From positions 14,260,001-14,324,000 of the forward strand of contig NC_087436.1 of assembly GCF_036321535.1 (NCBI RefSeq): a stretch of 64,000 nt of DNA. Reading direction: 5' to 3'. The position numbers and the translations under genes are program-made. This DNA is from Camelus dromedarius. Lineage: Eukaryota. The notes under the pieces are model-generated. The model saw only the letters and a list, made by a program, of their open reading frames with translations, was not told where the DNA came from and made no database searches. Positions within the stretch are counted from its first letter, which is position 1; the number at the start of each line of letters is the position of its first letter. Shown here piece by piece: positions 11,633-25,313 of this stretch.

Positions 11633-14600
11633 CTGAAAGTGGAAAGATGTACTTTGTTTAGGAAGAAAAAAAGAACAAAAGAAAAAATAGTAATACAGCA
11701 GCCAAAGTACAAATGCTAGAGCACATGACATACACCATTTCTGGCTTCAAACAAACCAGCCCAACAAACTGAAAATTGTCAGCCCCCTTAGAAGTCCATC
11801 AGAACTCAGAAGGTAAATTTACCAGACATGTCAAATAACTATTACTAATCAGAGGAAGTTTTAAGACTTATCTAGCTAATTTATATCCTGCCAGGTGAGC
11901 TCTCTCACATAACCATCATTCAAGCTTTGTGCACAAGTATCTCAGCTGTTTTAGAGATTATTTAAAGCAACTGAGATACTTGGCATTGATTTATGAACAA
12001 CACTGGACTATTAATATAGGTATAATAAGAATACCAAAATTCCACTCTCCTATTGGTTTCAAAAGCTTTTTTCCTTTCTATCTCCCCCTTAAATAGCTGT
12101 GTATATGTGTGTGAGTAGGAAGAATGAAGGGAAGAAAGGGAGAAGAAAGAAGAAGAAGAGGTGGGGAGGGAGGGGAGATGGGGAGGGACAGAGAAAGAGA
12201 ACAGAGATTCCTGAATTATTCTTCTACTTTTGCCCAGATAGAGTAATATTAAATTATGTTACTCTTTTCTGTCCTAGAAATGATACAGGAACTTGTAATT
12301 TTTTTTAAAGTACCTAATTTCAGAGCACATGGAAATAAGTTTTCCAATAATTTTTGTTAGAAATAAAAAATTATAAGCAAATTCACTACTTAATAATACA
12401 CTTTAAGGGTAACTACATAGGGCATTAATATACTCCTCATCATTTAAAGTTAACAAAAATATTCTAAAAAGTAGTAAATAAGTATTACAGTTTTTTAAAT
12501 TTACAAACTTGCTCTTTTATCACCTCTTTCAAAGTTTTGGTTACAGAATTACTGTTTGTTGAAGAAATTAAAATAATGAACGAAATAAAAGGTGAATTTC
12601 CTCTTCCTTCCTTTAATCTGACTAAATAGTAGAAAACTATTAACAGCTTGATGGGTATAGTCTAGATGCTCCTTAAAATCTATATAATCACATATATAAT
12701 ATTTTTAAAGTAAACATGAAACTATGCTATGCTACACATAATATCCTGAGCATTTCTCGTCTAAAAACAAATCTCTTAAGACTTCTCCCCATCAATATGC
12801 ATAAGTCTATATTTATCCTTTTAATGTTAGCATATTACATGTTACCCATATTTTTTCTACTTAAGATTGAAATGGATTTCTTCACACATTCTCTATTATC
12901 ACCAATTAATGATCTTTATGAATAAACATTTTTTATAAAGGAGTTTTCTTTTAATAGAGAAATAACTACATAGAAAATGATAGGAATGGTGAGAGGCCAA
13001 ACTCACAAAAGGGAGACAAAACTATTTCTACGGAAAACATACAGACACTTCTGGGAGATGAAAATCACAACAGGAGGAAAGTTTAACTGCAGATTTTGTG
13101 ATCTTCATGAGAGAAACATCAGCAAGAAATAATATCTGAAATGGTAACAAGATAAAAGGAGATAAGCCACTCAATCTCACTTTTCATCCACACCAGGACT
13201 TTCCCTATGCAACATAATATTACCAGAGACATTTACTCTACTCGCAAGCCAAAGCATGTGGTCCCTTCCATAGCAACCCAGATATAATAGTCTGTTGAAA
13301 GTCAGGGGCCAGAACTCATTGAAGGGACTTGGTAGATTGGGCAAAACGAAAGAAACGTCTACTGTTGTCTGAATGGTCACTTTTTTCCACAGAAGTAACG
13401 GTTACAAGCAGACAGTAGGGTCAAAGGTTTAACGAGGAAATGCTTTTTGTTTCCTGGAAGCTATGGCAGTGGAAGAAGTAAGGCAACAGTGAATATGAGG
13501 CATAATAAGATAAATCTGGACACTTGAAACAAGTTTTGAAACTGAACTTACAGAGCTTGTAATCCAATATAGGTAACTAATCACTCTTAAGGAAATAAGA
13601 GTGCCACAGAGAGCCTATGTGGAGCTTTGTAAAGAAAACTGTAGTGAGAAAATACAAAATTGCTAGTCATTTCTCCACTCATTAAGGTCCCAGAGCAAGT
13701 TTCTCATATGACCACTGAAGGATAGATTTTTATTTAAGTTGCTTCCTAGTAAATACTGAAATTAAAATACAAAATTAGAGATCGGTATATATAATAAAGC
13801 AAGTTCAAAACAGAAGAGAATTAAGAATCTCAGTTCTTTACCCTTCTTCAAAATTCCTTAAAATGTAGATGACTTCCAATGAGCTGGTGGTCCTACTCAG
13901 TTTTCCATACTTATAAATTAAGAATTCATTTTGAAGCCATCAGGCCAAATAGACCAAAGTTAAAGGGGGGAAAAAGCAAAGGAAATGATTGCCCTACATG
14001 GACCTCCTACTTGGGGGAGGGCAGATAAACAGTGTACGAAACATGAATCATCATCGCGCACACCATGAATTTAAGACAGTCACTGTGTACTCTCAGTATT
14101 TAAATACCGCCAAAGCTTTATCTATAATGCAGAAAAAAAAAGAATTAAACCATTTAAGTACAAAGAAAAGAGTAATTTCATGGCAACAACTGACAGATAT
14201 TAAAAGAGTTGTTAAGAGTGAAGGATAGGGAAGAAGGGAGCATAAAGGGAAATATAAGAAACTGAACAGGAGAAATAGGTCAATCAGTAAATACATAAGG
14301 CAATAGGATAAGAAAAACAAGAATGAAAGTTTAAAAGACACTAGCTTAAAGACCACAATTATTAATTTGATAAAGGTGTGAATACTGATGGTAAATTCTT
14401 AAACATCTAAAAAAAAGCACTGAATGTTTAGGAAAGATAACAGCGCTAAATGCTGAAACTGAGATTATTCTTAAAAAATAACAGGACTTCTAAAAGTACC
14501 CTATTCTACACTAGCAAAATTCAAAGCCAAACGAAAACAATAATAAACCAGAGTTCACCATTCACAATTATTCCTGCAGACGAGAATAATTAAGAAAATG

Positions 14601-15963
14601 AATATATTCTGGACTCACATTTTGTGAACAAAATCAAGTAGATTAAAATAATATTTCAGACGATAGACGCAAGGCCTAAACTTAAAAGCAGTCCTATTAC
14701 ATATTTGGTATTAATCACCAGGTTCGTCTTGGAGCCAAAATTAACAAACAATACAGGAAGTGCTAATATCCTCTTTGAGGAAAAGCCTTAAGCATTTGTT
14801 AGAGAATAAAACCAGACAGAAGACGTTAAAGGTAGGAATCATGAAGGAACTGAAGTCCAAGAAAGAGAAGATCAAAGTCATGGCCAGAACCAAGTTCCTC
14901 AAGAGTAAAATGGACAAAAAAGCACAGTCCTAAATCACCCAAATCAGAATCGTACTTGAAGGATTATCATATGACAATGAATATCCTACATTAGCTCACA
15001 ATTTGGACCAAAAAGGTCAAAAAGCCACAAGATCAGAGAGTCATATGTCAGCCCACGCACACTGGGCTACAAACTCAATAAAATCACGTAAGCTAGAACT
15101 TTCTCTTTTGACTTAGACTGAGTTATCTAAACTAGTCCGATGAAAAAAATTTTTAGTTAAAAATAAAACTCAGAGAGAATGATAACTCCTTCACATAGTA
15201 TTATGCCATGTGTACAACATTATGAAGACTGGTCATTTTCATTAACAGAAGTTTTAAGAATGTCTGAATGCAGTATGTTAATATAGAGATAACTACGAAA
15301 TCTTAAAAACGATTCAACTCAGATTATTATACAGGTGAGAGACAGAAGAAGAGGAATAGATGATAAACACACACATATAGGTAACTAAGCGGATTTGGGG
15401 CTTGAACTATTTGTAATATATCAAATATAGTATAGATTAAATAATTTGCTTATTTGTTTTATGGAGAACATAAGAAAAATAACCACCAATTACTCCGAAG
15501 TAATACAACTAACTACTATGAAACTCTGAAATCCAACTCATTTGCTGTCTGTACAGTTAGTGCTTAGTTATCACAATAACATCAGAGAATCCCAAACTTT
15601 GGAAAACTAATACACCCCTCCTGACATTCAGTTGCTATAAAGTATCAAAAAGATGGAGGTGGGGGCAAACATAGCTATAGCATTTCTACAGCTAAAGGTA
15701 TCCCCAGGCAATATATTTCTTCTTTAATTGTGTTGTCAATTAGTAAGAACTTTAGTAGCTTTTTTAATCTTTTGCTACTGATTTTTTAAATTACATTTAT
15801 GCAAAGATCAATAAATACTTCATTTTCTAATTGTATTTTTACGTTTAAATGGGATTACTCTCTTCTATATATTCATATAGTTGGAAAATAATAATTTGAA
15901 TAACATACAAATGACAATTCTTAGAGTTAGTTAGGGTGGAAACATTAAAAAGCAATCACAAAC

Positions 15964-16076
15964 CTTGTAGGTGTTTAGACTCCACTTTCTAACAAGCTCT
16001 AACTTTTCCATTGCAGGATTTTTAGTTTCATCTGCTAGAATAACTGGCCCACTTTTTGTCTGTGTTCTCTGGCCAC
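15964..16076 (-). CDS. ARFIP1: Arfaptin-1 exon with amphipathic helix and Ser132; (G)GQRTQTKSGPVILADETKNPAMEKLELVRKWSLNTYK
   Basis: Acceptor catgcAG, donor AAG|GTTTGT. 113 nt, phase 1 to 0. Confidence 0.96.
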
Positions 16077-17645
16077 CTGCATGATCGTAACAAAAGATAC
16101 AAATGTAAATCAGATAAAGACAAGTAGAGAAAGAAAACAGAACACTGATGCTGTTCAAATTAAACTACTTATTCATTTAAAGAAATAATGTTTCCACAAG
16201 GTAAATGACTAGGAATTCCTGGAATCATTTTGAGAATAATTTCCTAACACTTAAAACAAATTTTTGTCCATTAAACTCAAATACTATGTGGTTTGCCTGC
16301 CTTCTTAAAAAAAATGCTGCAATCAGCCTTCTTTTCTAAATAAGTTGCTGTTTGCTTTAAGAAAAACAAAGTTTCCACAATTACTCTTATAACCTAATGA
16401 CCCTAGAAAAAACTGTCAGTAAAAATCTGAAAGGCCAAGTACTCTTCACAGTGATTTTTCACTGTACTACGTAGAACAGAGCAACAACAGATTGTTACTA
16501 GAACTTTGGAGGATTTTAAAAATACTGTAATTTTAAATAGTCATTAAAAATATCTTACCACCAGTCTGAGAGGCTGTGTTAAAACAAGACCTACATTGTA
16601 CCTCGTTTTTTCTCGAGTCTCCCCTTCGAAAAAAGCCATAATTAATAAAGGCAGTATAAAGCCCTGACCATGTGCTGCTCCAACAATTAAGAAATTATTA
16701 CATAAAAGCAACTCTATAACTATATAGTTCCTAATAGTAAAGTACCTTTCATAGAAGAAAATATCTAATAAACATCTATGATGCTAATGACTTGGGATAG
16801 ACACCTTACAGTAATTTTAAAAAAAACAATAACATAAAGACAAGAGAAGACATTTTACAAAATGGTTTCAAAAAGTTAGCATCAGCAAGAATTTCTTTTC
16901 TTGCTCCTATAGCCAGACCAGCCTTCATCACATCTTTACTACAATCTAAGATTGAGTCAGTATATAAAATCAAACACATTTAAGAATTTACAAAATTCTC
17001 ATAGAAACAAAATATAAAATATTAACATTTCATATAAAAAGAAATATAGAATTCAGCTTCCCCCATTTTTACAGTCCAGCAATATTAAAATACAGAGCAT
17101 ATTCAATGTAAAGAAATGGATTTTTCACAAGTATTTTCCACTGAGTGTAACTGGTAAATTACATAGTATTGTGTTGCAATCTGACAGCTATCAGTAAGCT
17201 GAAATTGAAAAAAAAGAAGACACAACCTTTTCTACTTGACTCATTCCAAATAATGAACACTCCAACTGTTGAAGGCTCCTTTTTTTGTTTAATTGAAAAA
17301 AGAGTTAAGAGCTGCAAAGCCGAGAGTTTAGGATCAAATAAGTAAATACATTTTCCAGGACAAAGAAAGGATGATTCAAAATGAATCACATTTTACAATG
17401 TTTTTAAATCTTAAAGTGAGTTAAATTTCAGGTTTGAAATACAGCCTAATAACTGAAAAGCCAGAAAGATAGGCTATGGCTAGACAGATGATTTCCCTTA
17501 TTGTTAAAAAAAAACAGCAGCAGCCACCAAAAAAGCCAGAGTAACACACACCTAAGAATATAAGCAAGTGATTACGAAACTGAGTGAATTAGTTTAGCTT
17601 CAGCCTGTAGCAAGAAGGGCTTTATCCAATCAGTGCAGTGAATAC

Positions 17646-17741
17646 CTGCAGGAACAATTAAATCACTTCCTTGTTGAGCCAGTCGACTAGCTGCCACCCT
17701 GCTAGGAGACATAACAGATGGCAATGGTGGTGCTGGGGAAC
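17646..17741 (-). CDS. ARFIP1: Arfaptin-1 96-nt cassette exon; (G)SPAPPLPSVMSPSRVAASRLAQQGSDLIVPA(G)
   Basis: Acceptor ccttttcAG, donor CAG|GTATTC. 96 nt, symmetric phase 1-1. Corresponds to the 32-aa difference between long and short arfaptin-1 isoforms. Confidence 0.95.
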
Positions 17742-18275
17742 CTGAAAAGGGCAGACATTTAACTGTGAAAATCCTTTTCTTCCTCCACATACTGTACATT
17801 TTGAATACAGGTTTACCAACATTTCCTTTAAAATATTCAAAAACTAGGATTAAAAGCTGCAGTTAATATATCTGCTTTCTTGCAGGAATGGACTAATAAT
17901 AAATGGATGCCACTAGGCTGAGTTCTTGTATAAACTTTTCATCGAATTATTAAAACCAAACATCACACATAACTCTTAAGAAGAAACTGGGCAAGATTAC
18001 TTCTAAACAGGACTTCACCTAGGCTTTGCTATTTCCAAATCAATTAAAACAATGTGATTAAAGTTCCATAGCTGAATGATTTAAAGCTCAAGTAAATATT
18101 TTATAACATGCTATCCTAACATAAGAAAGAATGCTCTTCAAGTAGAAATCCAAAGGCATGTAACGCTGTATCAAATTCATAATTAAAATTCACAGAAATG
18201 TGAATGAATCATGGCCTTCACAGAAATTGTAGCTGAAATTTTCCAATCATAAATTAAATATCACATAGTGTAGAT

Positions 18276-18438
18276 CATTGCTGCTCACAGTATGGATGCG
18301 AGGAGCCTCCATTAGTTGTCACCTGGGAGCTCATTAGAAATGCAAAACTCAGACCCTGTCCCAGAACTAGTGGACCAGAATCTGCATTTCACATGGTCCT
18401 CACATGATTTTTATGTATTTGAAGTTTGAGAAGTGCTA
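18276..18438. mobile_element. MER5-like hAT-Charlie MITE
   Basis: cacctgggagctcattagaaatgcaaa...cagaatctgcattt...aagtttgagaagtgct motifs. Confidence 0.75.
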
Positions 18439-18589
18439 AAATAGAGTGCTATTCTGATCATAAGAATCACTTCTGCAGCTTTTAAAACATACCTGGGACA
18501 CTCCACAAGATCTGATCGTCAGTGAAGCAAGTATCTGTAGGGCTTTTTTGGGGGGATGACACTTTTAGCTTCATTATTCGATTGTTTTT

Positions 18590-18812
18590 TGGTTTCCATT
18601 AATTATTTATTAGACAAATAAAAACTGGATCTATTTAAGGTGTACAAAGTGATGTTTTGACATATATGTATACACTGTGAAATGATTACATCCATCACTT
18701 CACATAGTTACCTTTTGTGTGTGTGTGCTGAAAACACTTCAGATCTATTCTCTTAGCAATTTTAAGTACATAATACATTATTATTAACTATAGTCACCAT
18801 GCTGTACATTAT
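18590..18812 (-). mobile_element. Old L1 (L1MA-like) 3' end
   Basis: tttaaggtgtacaaagtgatgttttga...ttattaactatagtcaccatgctgtacat is an L1 3'UTR in reverse. Confidence 0.75.
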
Positions 18813-19146
18813 GAAACTATAGTTTTTTAAAAGCTACTTAGATTATTCTCAAACACAACTGAGTTTTAAGTTCTAACTCTGGGTTTGAAATTCTGGCTCT
18901 GTTTACCATACAGTATCAGGAATACCCCAGCAAATTACTTACCATCTCTGAGCCTTAGTTATCTACAAAGAAAAACTAGCTACCCAACATTGTTGCTAAT
19001 GTCCAGCATTAAACTTAAAGAAAACTGCTATTTCCATTAATTTCTTTATTTTAAATTCTAAAGGCTACATATTTTTAGGGAAGTGATAATTAAAACCAAG
19101 TTGAAAAAATTATTAACATTCTTTCACATTTAGCTGAGTGTGTATC

Positions 19147-19295
19147 TTTCTTCTTTTAAATTGAAGTATAGTCAGTTTACTATGCTGTATCAATTTCTGG
19201 TATTCAGCATAATGTTTCAGTCATACATATACAATCATATATTTCTTTTCATATTCTTTTTCATTACAGGTTACTACAAGATATTGAATATAGGT
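19147..19295 (-). mobile_element. Short L1 3'-end fragment
   Basis: aattgaagtatagtcagtttac...acaagatattgaatatag; the reverse complement resembles the 3' ends at 3360-3500 and 45500-45645. Confidence 0.8.
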
Positions 19296-20814
19296 TCTCT
19301 GTTGGCTGAGTATATTTTAATGTTTGTAAGATAATTTTATTTCAACTACATTCTTTCCCAGTCTCTAGAAAACATATAATGTGTCAAATTAATAGTTAAA
19401 ATTTTCTAGTAAGACAGAATCAGAATCAACTTCCTCATATCACAGATATGAGTTCTGATCAGAAACAGTCACCAGTTCTAACATGAAAACCTATAGATTG
19501 AATCTAACATTAAAATCCAAACATGCAATAGATCTAGTAGATCAATGATATCTTTCAAAGTGAAAGATATCTGCTTTAAAAAAAAACAACTGTTGAACCA
19601 TAAAATTAAAAACTGGGAAGGACAATGGAAATCAACTAGTCTAACATTAAACTACAGAAGAAATGGGGCCCAGAGAGGTAAAAACAGCTTCTTATTAGAG
19701 ACTCAGATGTTCTGAACCCACACCATAGCATCTCCATTTTTCAATACAGAAAACACTAATCCATAAATTACTTGCTAAGTTGGAAGGCATTTAATAAGTT
19801 ACCCAATCCAATGACCATTTTAAGCAAAGACTGTATCTCTAACATCCAAGGCACAAGGGTTTCTATTATATAAGGAAACCCTTATATAATATTCTATATT
19901 ATATAAATAAAAAATGACTGCCGTAGTTTCATTTCTTGATGATCCCAGGAACAGAGCTCCGTTGTTCTAGTTATTACTGTTTATTAATCTTGCATGAGAA
20001 ATAATCCCATGACACAACATGAGATATGTTGAATATATGTAACAAATGACACAGAACTTTCCAAACTAAAGTAGCAAAAGACATGGTGCTGGGGTAACTG
20101 GGTACTTCAACTGTTTGCTTTACTTTCAAGGGTAATTATTCTCTGTAACTTCAACCCTTTAAACCACTAATCTAAATTAGTTACTAAAATCATTCACAAT
20201 AAATAACTAAATCATTCCAGCAAAAATAATTCTTAGAACTCTAGGCTTTTGCTGACTGACTAAATCTGAGAATTTAGCTCTGTTTCATCTCAAAAGTAGA
20301 AATTTGGGAATATGAGTATGTGTATGCAATGATCAAAACTCCATTAAAACAAAACTCAGGGGCTAGGTACACTTCACTTTTATGAGTTTTAATTTATTCA
20401 TGATTTACATTATTATTGATTCTTCAATGTATTTGTTGGGCAGATTTCAACATTTGTTGTCATTAGGCTAAATTTAAGTATAATTTCTTCTAAATTTGCT
20501 CTAGAAATGGAAAAGCAAACGGTTAGTACTCTTACTGTAGTAATTGTTCAAGTAATAGAGTTATTATATTCTCATTCAGTTACTTTTCCAGAGAGCTAAC
20601 ATAGCCCCAACTCCTAACATTTTTTCATAAAACCCATTTCCTACATTTTAATCATGCTACTTTTTCTCATGTTCATTCCAATTTATCTATATATGTCTTA
20701 AAACAAGGGCACTTAACTACAACTTTCCAATAAATGCTTAAATAATCTAAGTATGGCAGAATGATTATCCTTTTATACACTGATTAACAATGTAGTTTAG
20801 GTTAAAAAATATTT

Positions 20815-21300
20815 TATAACATATGCACCTCAATGTTCATAGAAGCATTATTTACAATAGCCCAGATATGGAAGCAACCTAAGTGTCAGTTCTCTCAACA
20901 GATGAATACATAAAGAAGATGTGGAATATATATATATATATATATACAATGGAATATTACTCAGCCGTAAGAATGAGATTCTGCCATTTGCAACAACACG
21001 GATGGACCTAGAGGGTATTATACCTGGTAGAATAAGTCAAAGACAAATATTCTTGTTATCACTTACTTGAGGAATCTAAAAAATAAAATAAACCAATGTA
21101 TATAACAAAACTGAAACAGACTCACAGATACAGAGAACAAACTAGTGGTTACCAGGGGAGAGAGGGAGAGGAGGAGAGGGGTGCAAAGGTCTAGGATTAA
21201 GAGGAACAAACTACTATGTATAAACTAAATAAACTACAAAGATAAATTGTACAGCATAGGGAAATAAAGCCATTATTTTGTAGTAACTTTAAAACAAAGA
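20815..21300 (+). mobile_element. L1 3' fragment (ORF2 end and 3'UTR)
   Basis: tgcacctcaatgttcatagaagcattatttacaatagcc...ggaagcaacctaagtgtc, followed by 3'UTR motifs. Confidence 0.88.
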
Positions 21301-21777
21301 GACATAAATTACTGCCATTATCATAAAACGTATTTTTTATTCCAATTTAAAGGATTAGGATGCATTTATAAGCAAGTGAAACTGACTGGCATTTTCATGC
21401 TTATGCACAGCAGGTGATAATGGCCAGCTGATTTCGATTACTGTATAATATTATTCCACTTAAGGGCAAAAGGATAACACCAAATGTCATCTAAATAATT
21501 TCACTGAAAACACTTAAAATATGTTAATAGTAAAAGTACTTTTTAATTCTATATTGACATTTAAATTTGGAAATTGGTGATTGGTCCAAAAATGTTGTCA
21601 CATTATGCAAAGCCAGCCTTATATCTTTAAGTATTCATTTTAGGCAATCAGTTAACCTTTTCAAATTCAAAGTTAACCCCTAAATAAGGACACCACAACG
21701 CTACACAATGACTACTGATATATTGACATGTATGTTCCTTTCTATACCTTTATTTTTCCGAACCTAAGAACGAAAAG

Positions 21778-21871
21778 TAGGGGCATGGGTACAACTCAGT
21801 GGTGGAGCACAAGTTTAGCATGCAGGAGGTCCTGCATTCAATCCCCAGTACCTCCACTTAAAAAAAAATTT
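21778..21871 (+). mobile_element. tRNA-derived SINE (Vic-1-like, camelid)
   Basis: tRNA-Ala-like body with degenerate A box (ctcagtgg) and B box (attcaatccc), short A tail, and TSD TAAGAAYGAAAAG at 21765-21777 and 21872-21884. Confidence 0.85.
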
Positions 21872-22339
21872 TAAGAATGAAAAGGGGAAAAAAATGATGT
21901 CACTAGACAGCCCATTCATTTTACAGCCCAGAGTAGAAGGTATTATACCGGGTTATCTTAAATGCCTAGTTTCAGGATCTGTTTAGCAAAGAATACATTT
22001 CAAAATATAAATTGTTTTTGATTGAAGTACTGGCCATTGGTGTAATAAAAATATAGAATACCATCATCCGCAAGAGGGCTAAGGATTACAAAGGCATGGA
22101 GATATTTTTTTCATTTAGCAAAATTATAATGTAGTATTAAGATTGTTACACTTCACTAAGCATGAACCACAGCTGCCACTTTTATAGCTCCATCAAGAAA
22201 ACAATCCATTTTGCATCCAATTGTGCACATGATTTTATTTTCACTTCACTTGTGTGAAATGAAAAAACACCTAAACAAGGTTATTATAGGCAAGAGCATT
22301 AAAAAAAAAAGAGGTGTTTTTCTTTATATTAAAAGTAGA

Positions 22340-22362
22340 CATATATATATATATATATATAT
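22340..22362. repeat. (AT)n microsatellite
   Basis: Read directly; a similar tract lies at 20927-20946. Confidence 0.9.
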
Positions 22363-22368
22363 GGAATG

Positions 22369-22897
22369 TGTGCAGAAAAGAGCTAAAATAGCAGGTCTAA
22401 CTACTTATCCTTAAACAGACCAGCTTACAAAAAACTAGCCCTCGGTTGGCATCTGAGAACTTTAATTTTGGGTTGATTGCCTCCATTCCCAGAATGGTTA
22501 AGCCTCGCTCACTATGCTTCAACTGTTTATACTAACCGTGTGGTTTATGCTTTCCTTCTGGGAGTCTGGAATCTTTGTACACGCTAGGCAGAGGGTGCCT
22601 AAGTGAGCAGTTTCCAGCAAAAATCCTGGGCATCGAGTCTCTAATGGCCTTCCCTGGTTAGCAACATTTCATATTTGTTATCACAACTCTGCAGGGAGAA
22701 TTAGGTATGTTCCATGTGACTGTACTAGCAACAGACCCGTGCAGGCTTATGCCTTGTTTTCCCAGACTTTTGCTCAGGCATCCTTTGCCTTTGCTAACTG
22801 TACTAATCACAGCCTGGAGTATGACTACAGACTGAGTCCAGCGAGTCCTCTCGGCAAATTATTGAATCTGAGGGTGGTCTTGGAGACCTCCTACACA
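22369..22897. mobile_element. MER21-like solo LTR
   Basis: TGTGCAGAAAAGAGCTAAAATAGCAGG...GAATCTGAGGGTGGTCTTGGAGACCTCCTACACA termini. Confidence 0.78.
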
Positions 22898-23307
22898 GAA
22901 AGTATAGTAAGAAAAAGAAAAGTTTCATTTTCCTAATTGCTTTGAAATAGGAAATATGTATTTATACAAACCAATACTGGCTTATAGTTACACATTTTGT
23001 GGTTACAGTTAAAATAATTTAAATCTGCATTCCTTATGTAATTTTTGAGTTTTTATTTCAGTATTTTAAATTCAATTATTAAATAATAACCAGCAAAATT
23101 ATGAACAATGATCTATTTACATAAAGATGACTACTAAAAAGAATTCCTAAATTATTTAAATTGAAGAGAAAAAGGATTATGTTTATAGTCAGTGTTTTAT
23201 CATGGCATTAAAGGGGTCAATTCTTGTATTTTATTAATAAAGGTAGCACTTAGTGAACTTCTCCCACCCTCCACACAAGCCATCTTTAAAAATAATGAGT
23301 TCCTTAC

Positions 23308-23416
23308 CTTGAAATGCTCCTGCTTCAATAACTCCCTCTTTGGTACTGTCAAAGCCGTGAGATGTGATCTGGGTTTCTGAGAGACCAAGTCCAGCTGGTA
23401 ATGAGCACTTCAAATC
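23308..23416 (-). CDS. ARFIP1: Arfaptin-1 second coding exon; DLKCSLPAGLGLSETQITSHGFDSTKEGVIEAGAFQ(G)
   Basis: Translated by hand because the ORF track shows another frame. Acceptor ctaAG, donor AAG|GTAAGG. 109 nt, phase 0 to 1, in frame with its neighbours. Confidence 0.95.
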
Positions 23417-24439
23417 CTTAGCAGCATTTGAATAAAAAAGAAAATCTTGTAAAAACTCTCATATTCCATAACTTAATTGTTCAGCTTAATTGTGTCCTTT
23501 TAATAACACCTTTAACTATTTTTCTCTCTTCTATGTAGCATATCCTTATGCTGTCATGGCACTCTGTAATGATGTATAATCAGCAGCAAACTCAGCAAGA
23601 TTTGCTATTAAGAGGTGTAGTGTATACCAAATACAAAATACTTTCATCATTTTAGAACTAAGCATCAGACAGATATTAAGATTCAATTTCAAATTTCTAA
23701 TCTACTGATACACCAGGAAAATCATTTTAAAGAACAGAAGTAAGATGGCTAAAATGTCATGTCTAATATTAAAAAACTGATATCTAATATAATCATGATG
23801 AGTCTGGCTAATGTTCAGTATAAATAAATCATTAACTTGCAATATTAAATTTCCCTTTGATTTCAAGGCTAGTTAGGTAAACAGGGCTTCTCTCACTTCA
23901 AACAGAGTGAGGTAAAGGAAATTGTCTGCAACTTAGATTTACATTAAACATGGATGTTAGCCAAACTAATTGCAAGTTAGCTTGTAACTGTAATAAATGG
24001 AGTAATATCTGACATTCAGTCTTATAGTAACAGAAAAGAGAGGAAGCCAAAACACACAGATTTCCAGTTAGAAGTCTTTTCTTTCCTCTGGCTTAGGTAT
24101 GAGGAATTACCCAATTTTCATAATCAGAGTCTATGAATAGATCCTATTGTTTTTTTTACAACAATGACACGTTAGTGATGCATTAAAATATAAATGCCTT
24201 TGAAATCCTTTCTTAATACTCTATCCCACCACATACAATGTACAGTTATAATCTGAAAACTCAGAGTTAACATTTTGAGTTTTCCAATTTGCAAAGTCAA
24301 AACTTAAGAGATACAATCTCTCATAATTGACAAGTGTTGAGAAGGGCTTTTCTTGAGAAGCTCATTCATTTTGCCTAGGTAAATTACTTGATTGGTATGG
24401 TGGACCCTGAATTAATGACTAATGAAGTTAATTCTCATT

Positions 24440-25260
24440 TTACGTGATTTATCAAAGAGCATTTGACACAGGTGACTGTTCTCTCCTTATTACATTTTCA
24501 ACCCCCAGCTTCAGGACACTCCTATTTTCCTCTTATGTCATTTGATATGTGCTATTGTCTCCTTTGCTGATTCCTCCTCATCTCCCCAACTTCCAAATCC
24601 TGGAGTGCCTGGGCTTCAGTCAGAGGATTTTTTCTCCTGTCCTCATGTCTTGGATGATCTTATTTATTCCCTCCGGCTTTAAAAATCACCTATACATTGA
24701 CAACTCCAAAATTCATGTCTTACCTGGGCCTCCTTCTATAGTAATATCTAATTACATACTTCACACTTGTTATTTCTACTTGGATATCACATAGGCACCT
24801 CAAACTTAGTATGTCCCAAACAGACTGATTCCACAGTAAATCCCCACTCTCAACAGACAGAACAAAATACTACTACCTATAGTTTCTACTCTTTTCAGTT
24901 AATGGCATCTCTACTACCAAAATATTACCAAAAAATCTTAGAAGTTACCTTTGACTCTTCTTCCTCTCTTATACCCATATCCAAACCATCAGCAGCAGAT
25001 CCTATTAGATTTACCCTCAAAATATATCCAGGATCAAAACAACTCTCACCACCTCCACTGCTTCCACCCCGGTCTAAGCCAGCATCATATTTCACCCGGA
25101 TTATTCAAAGTGCCTTCCAATTGTTTCCCTCTTTCTATCCGTGACACAGACCTCTAACTCCACACATCAATCAAAGTTATTCCCTAGACAAAACTCTCCA
25201 GTCTCACTAGAAGTAAAATCCAGACTATTAAATGTTCTCAAAGGATTACATGGTTTGACT
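24440..25260 (+). mobile_element. L2 fragment
   Basis: catttgacacag..., gacaactccaaaatt..., acttggatatcacataggcacctcaaactta L2 motifs. Confidence 0.8.
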
Positions 25261-25313
25261 TCATGTCAAACACCATACAGACTAAAAAGTTGCTATAACA
25301 ATAGGATTGCTTT

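Noticed and set aside
21778..21860. Possible tRNA gene
   Set aside because: Degenerate boxes, an A tail and a TSD identify it as a SINE.
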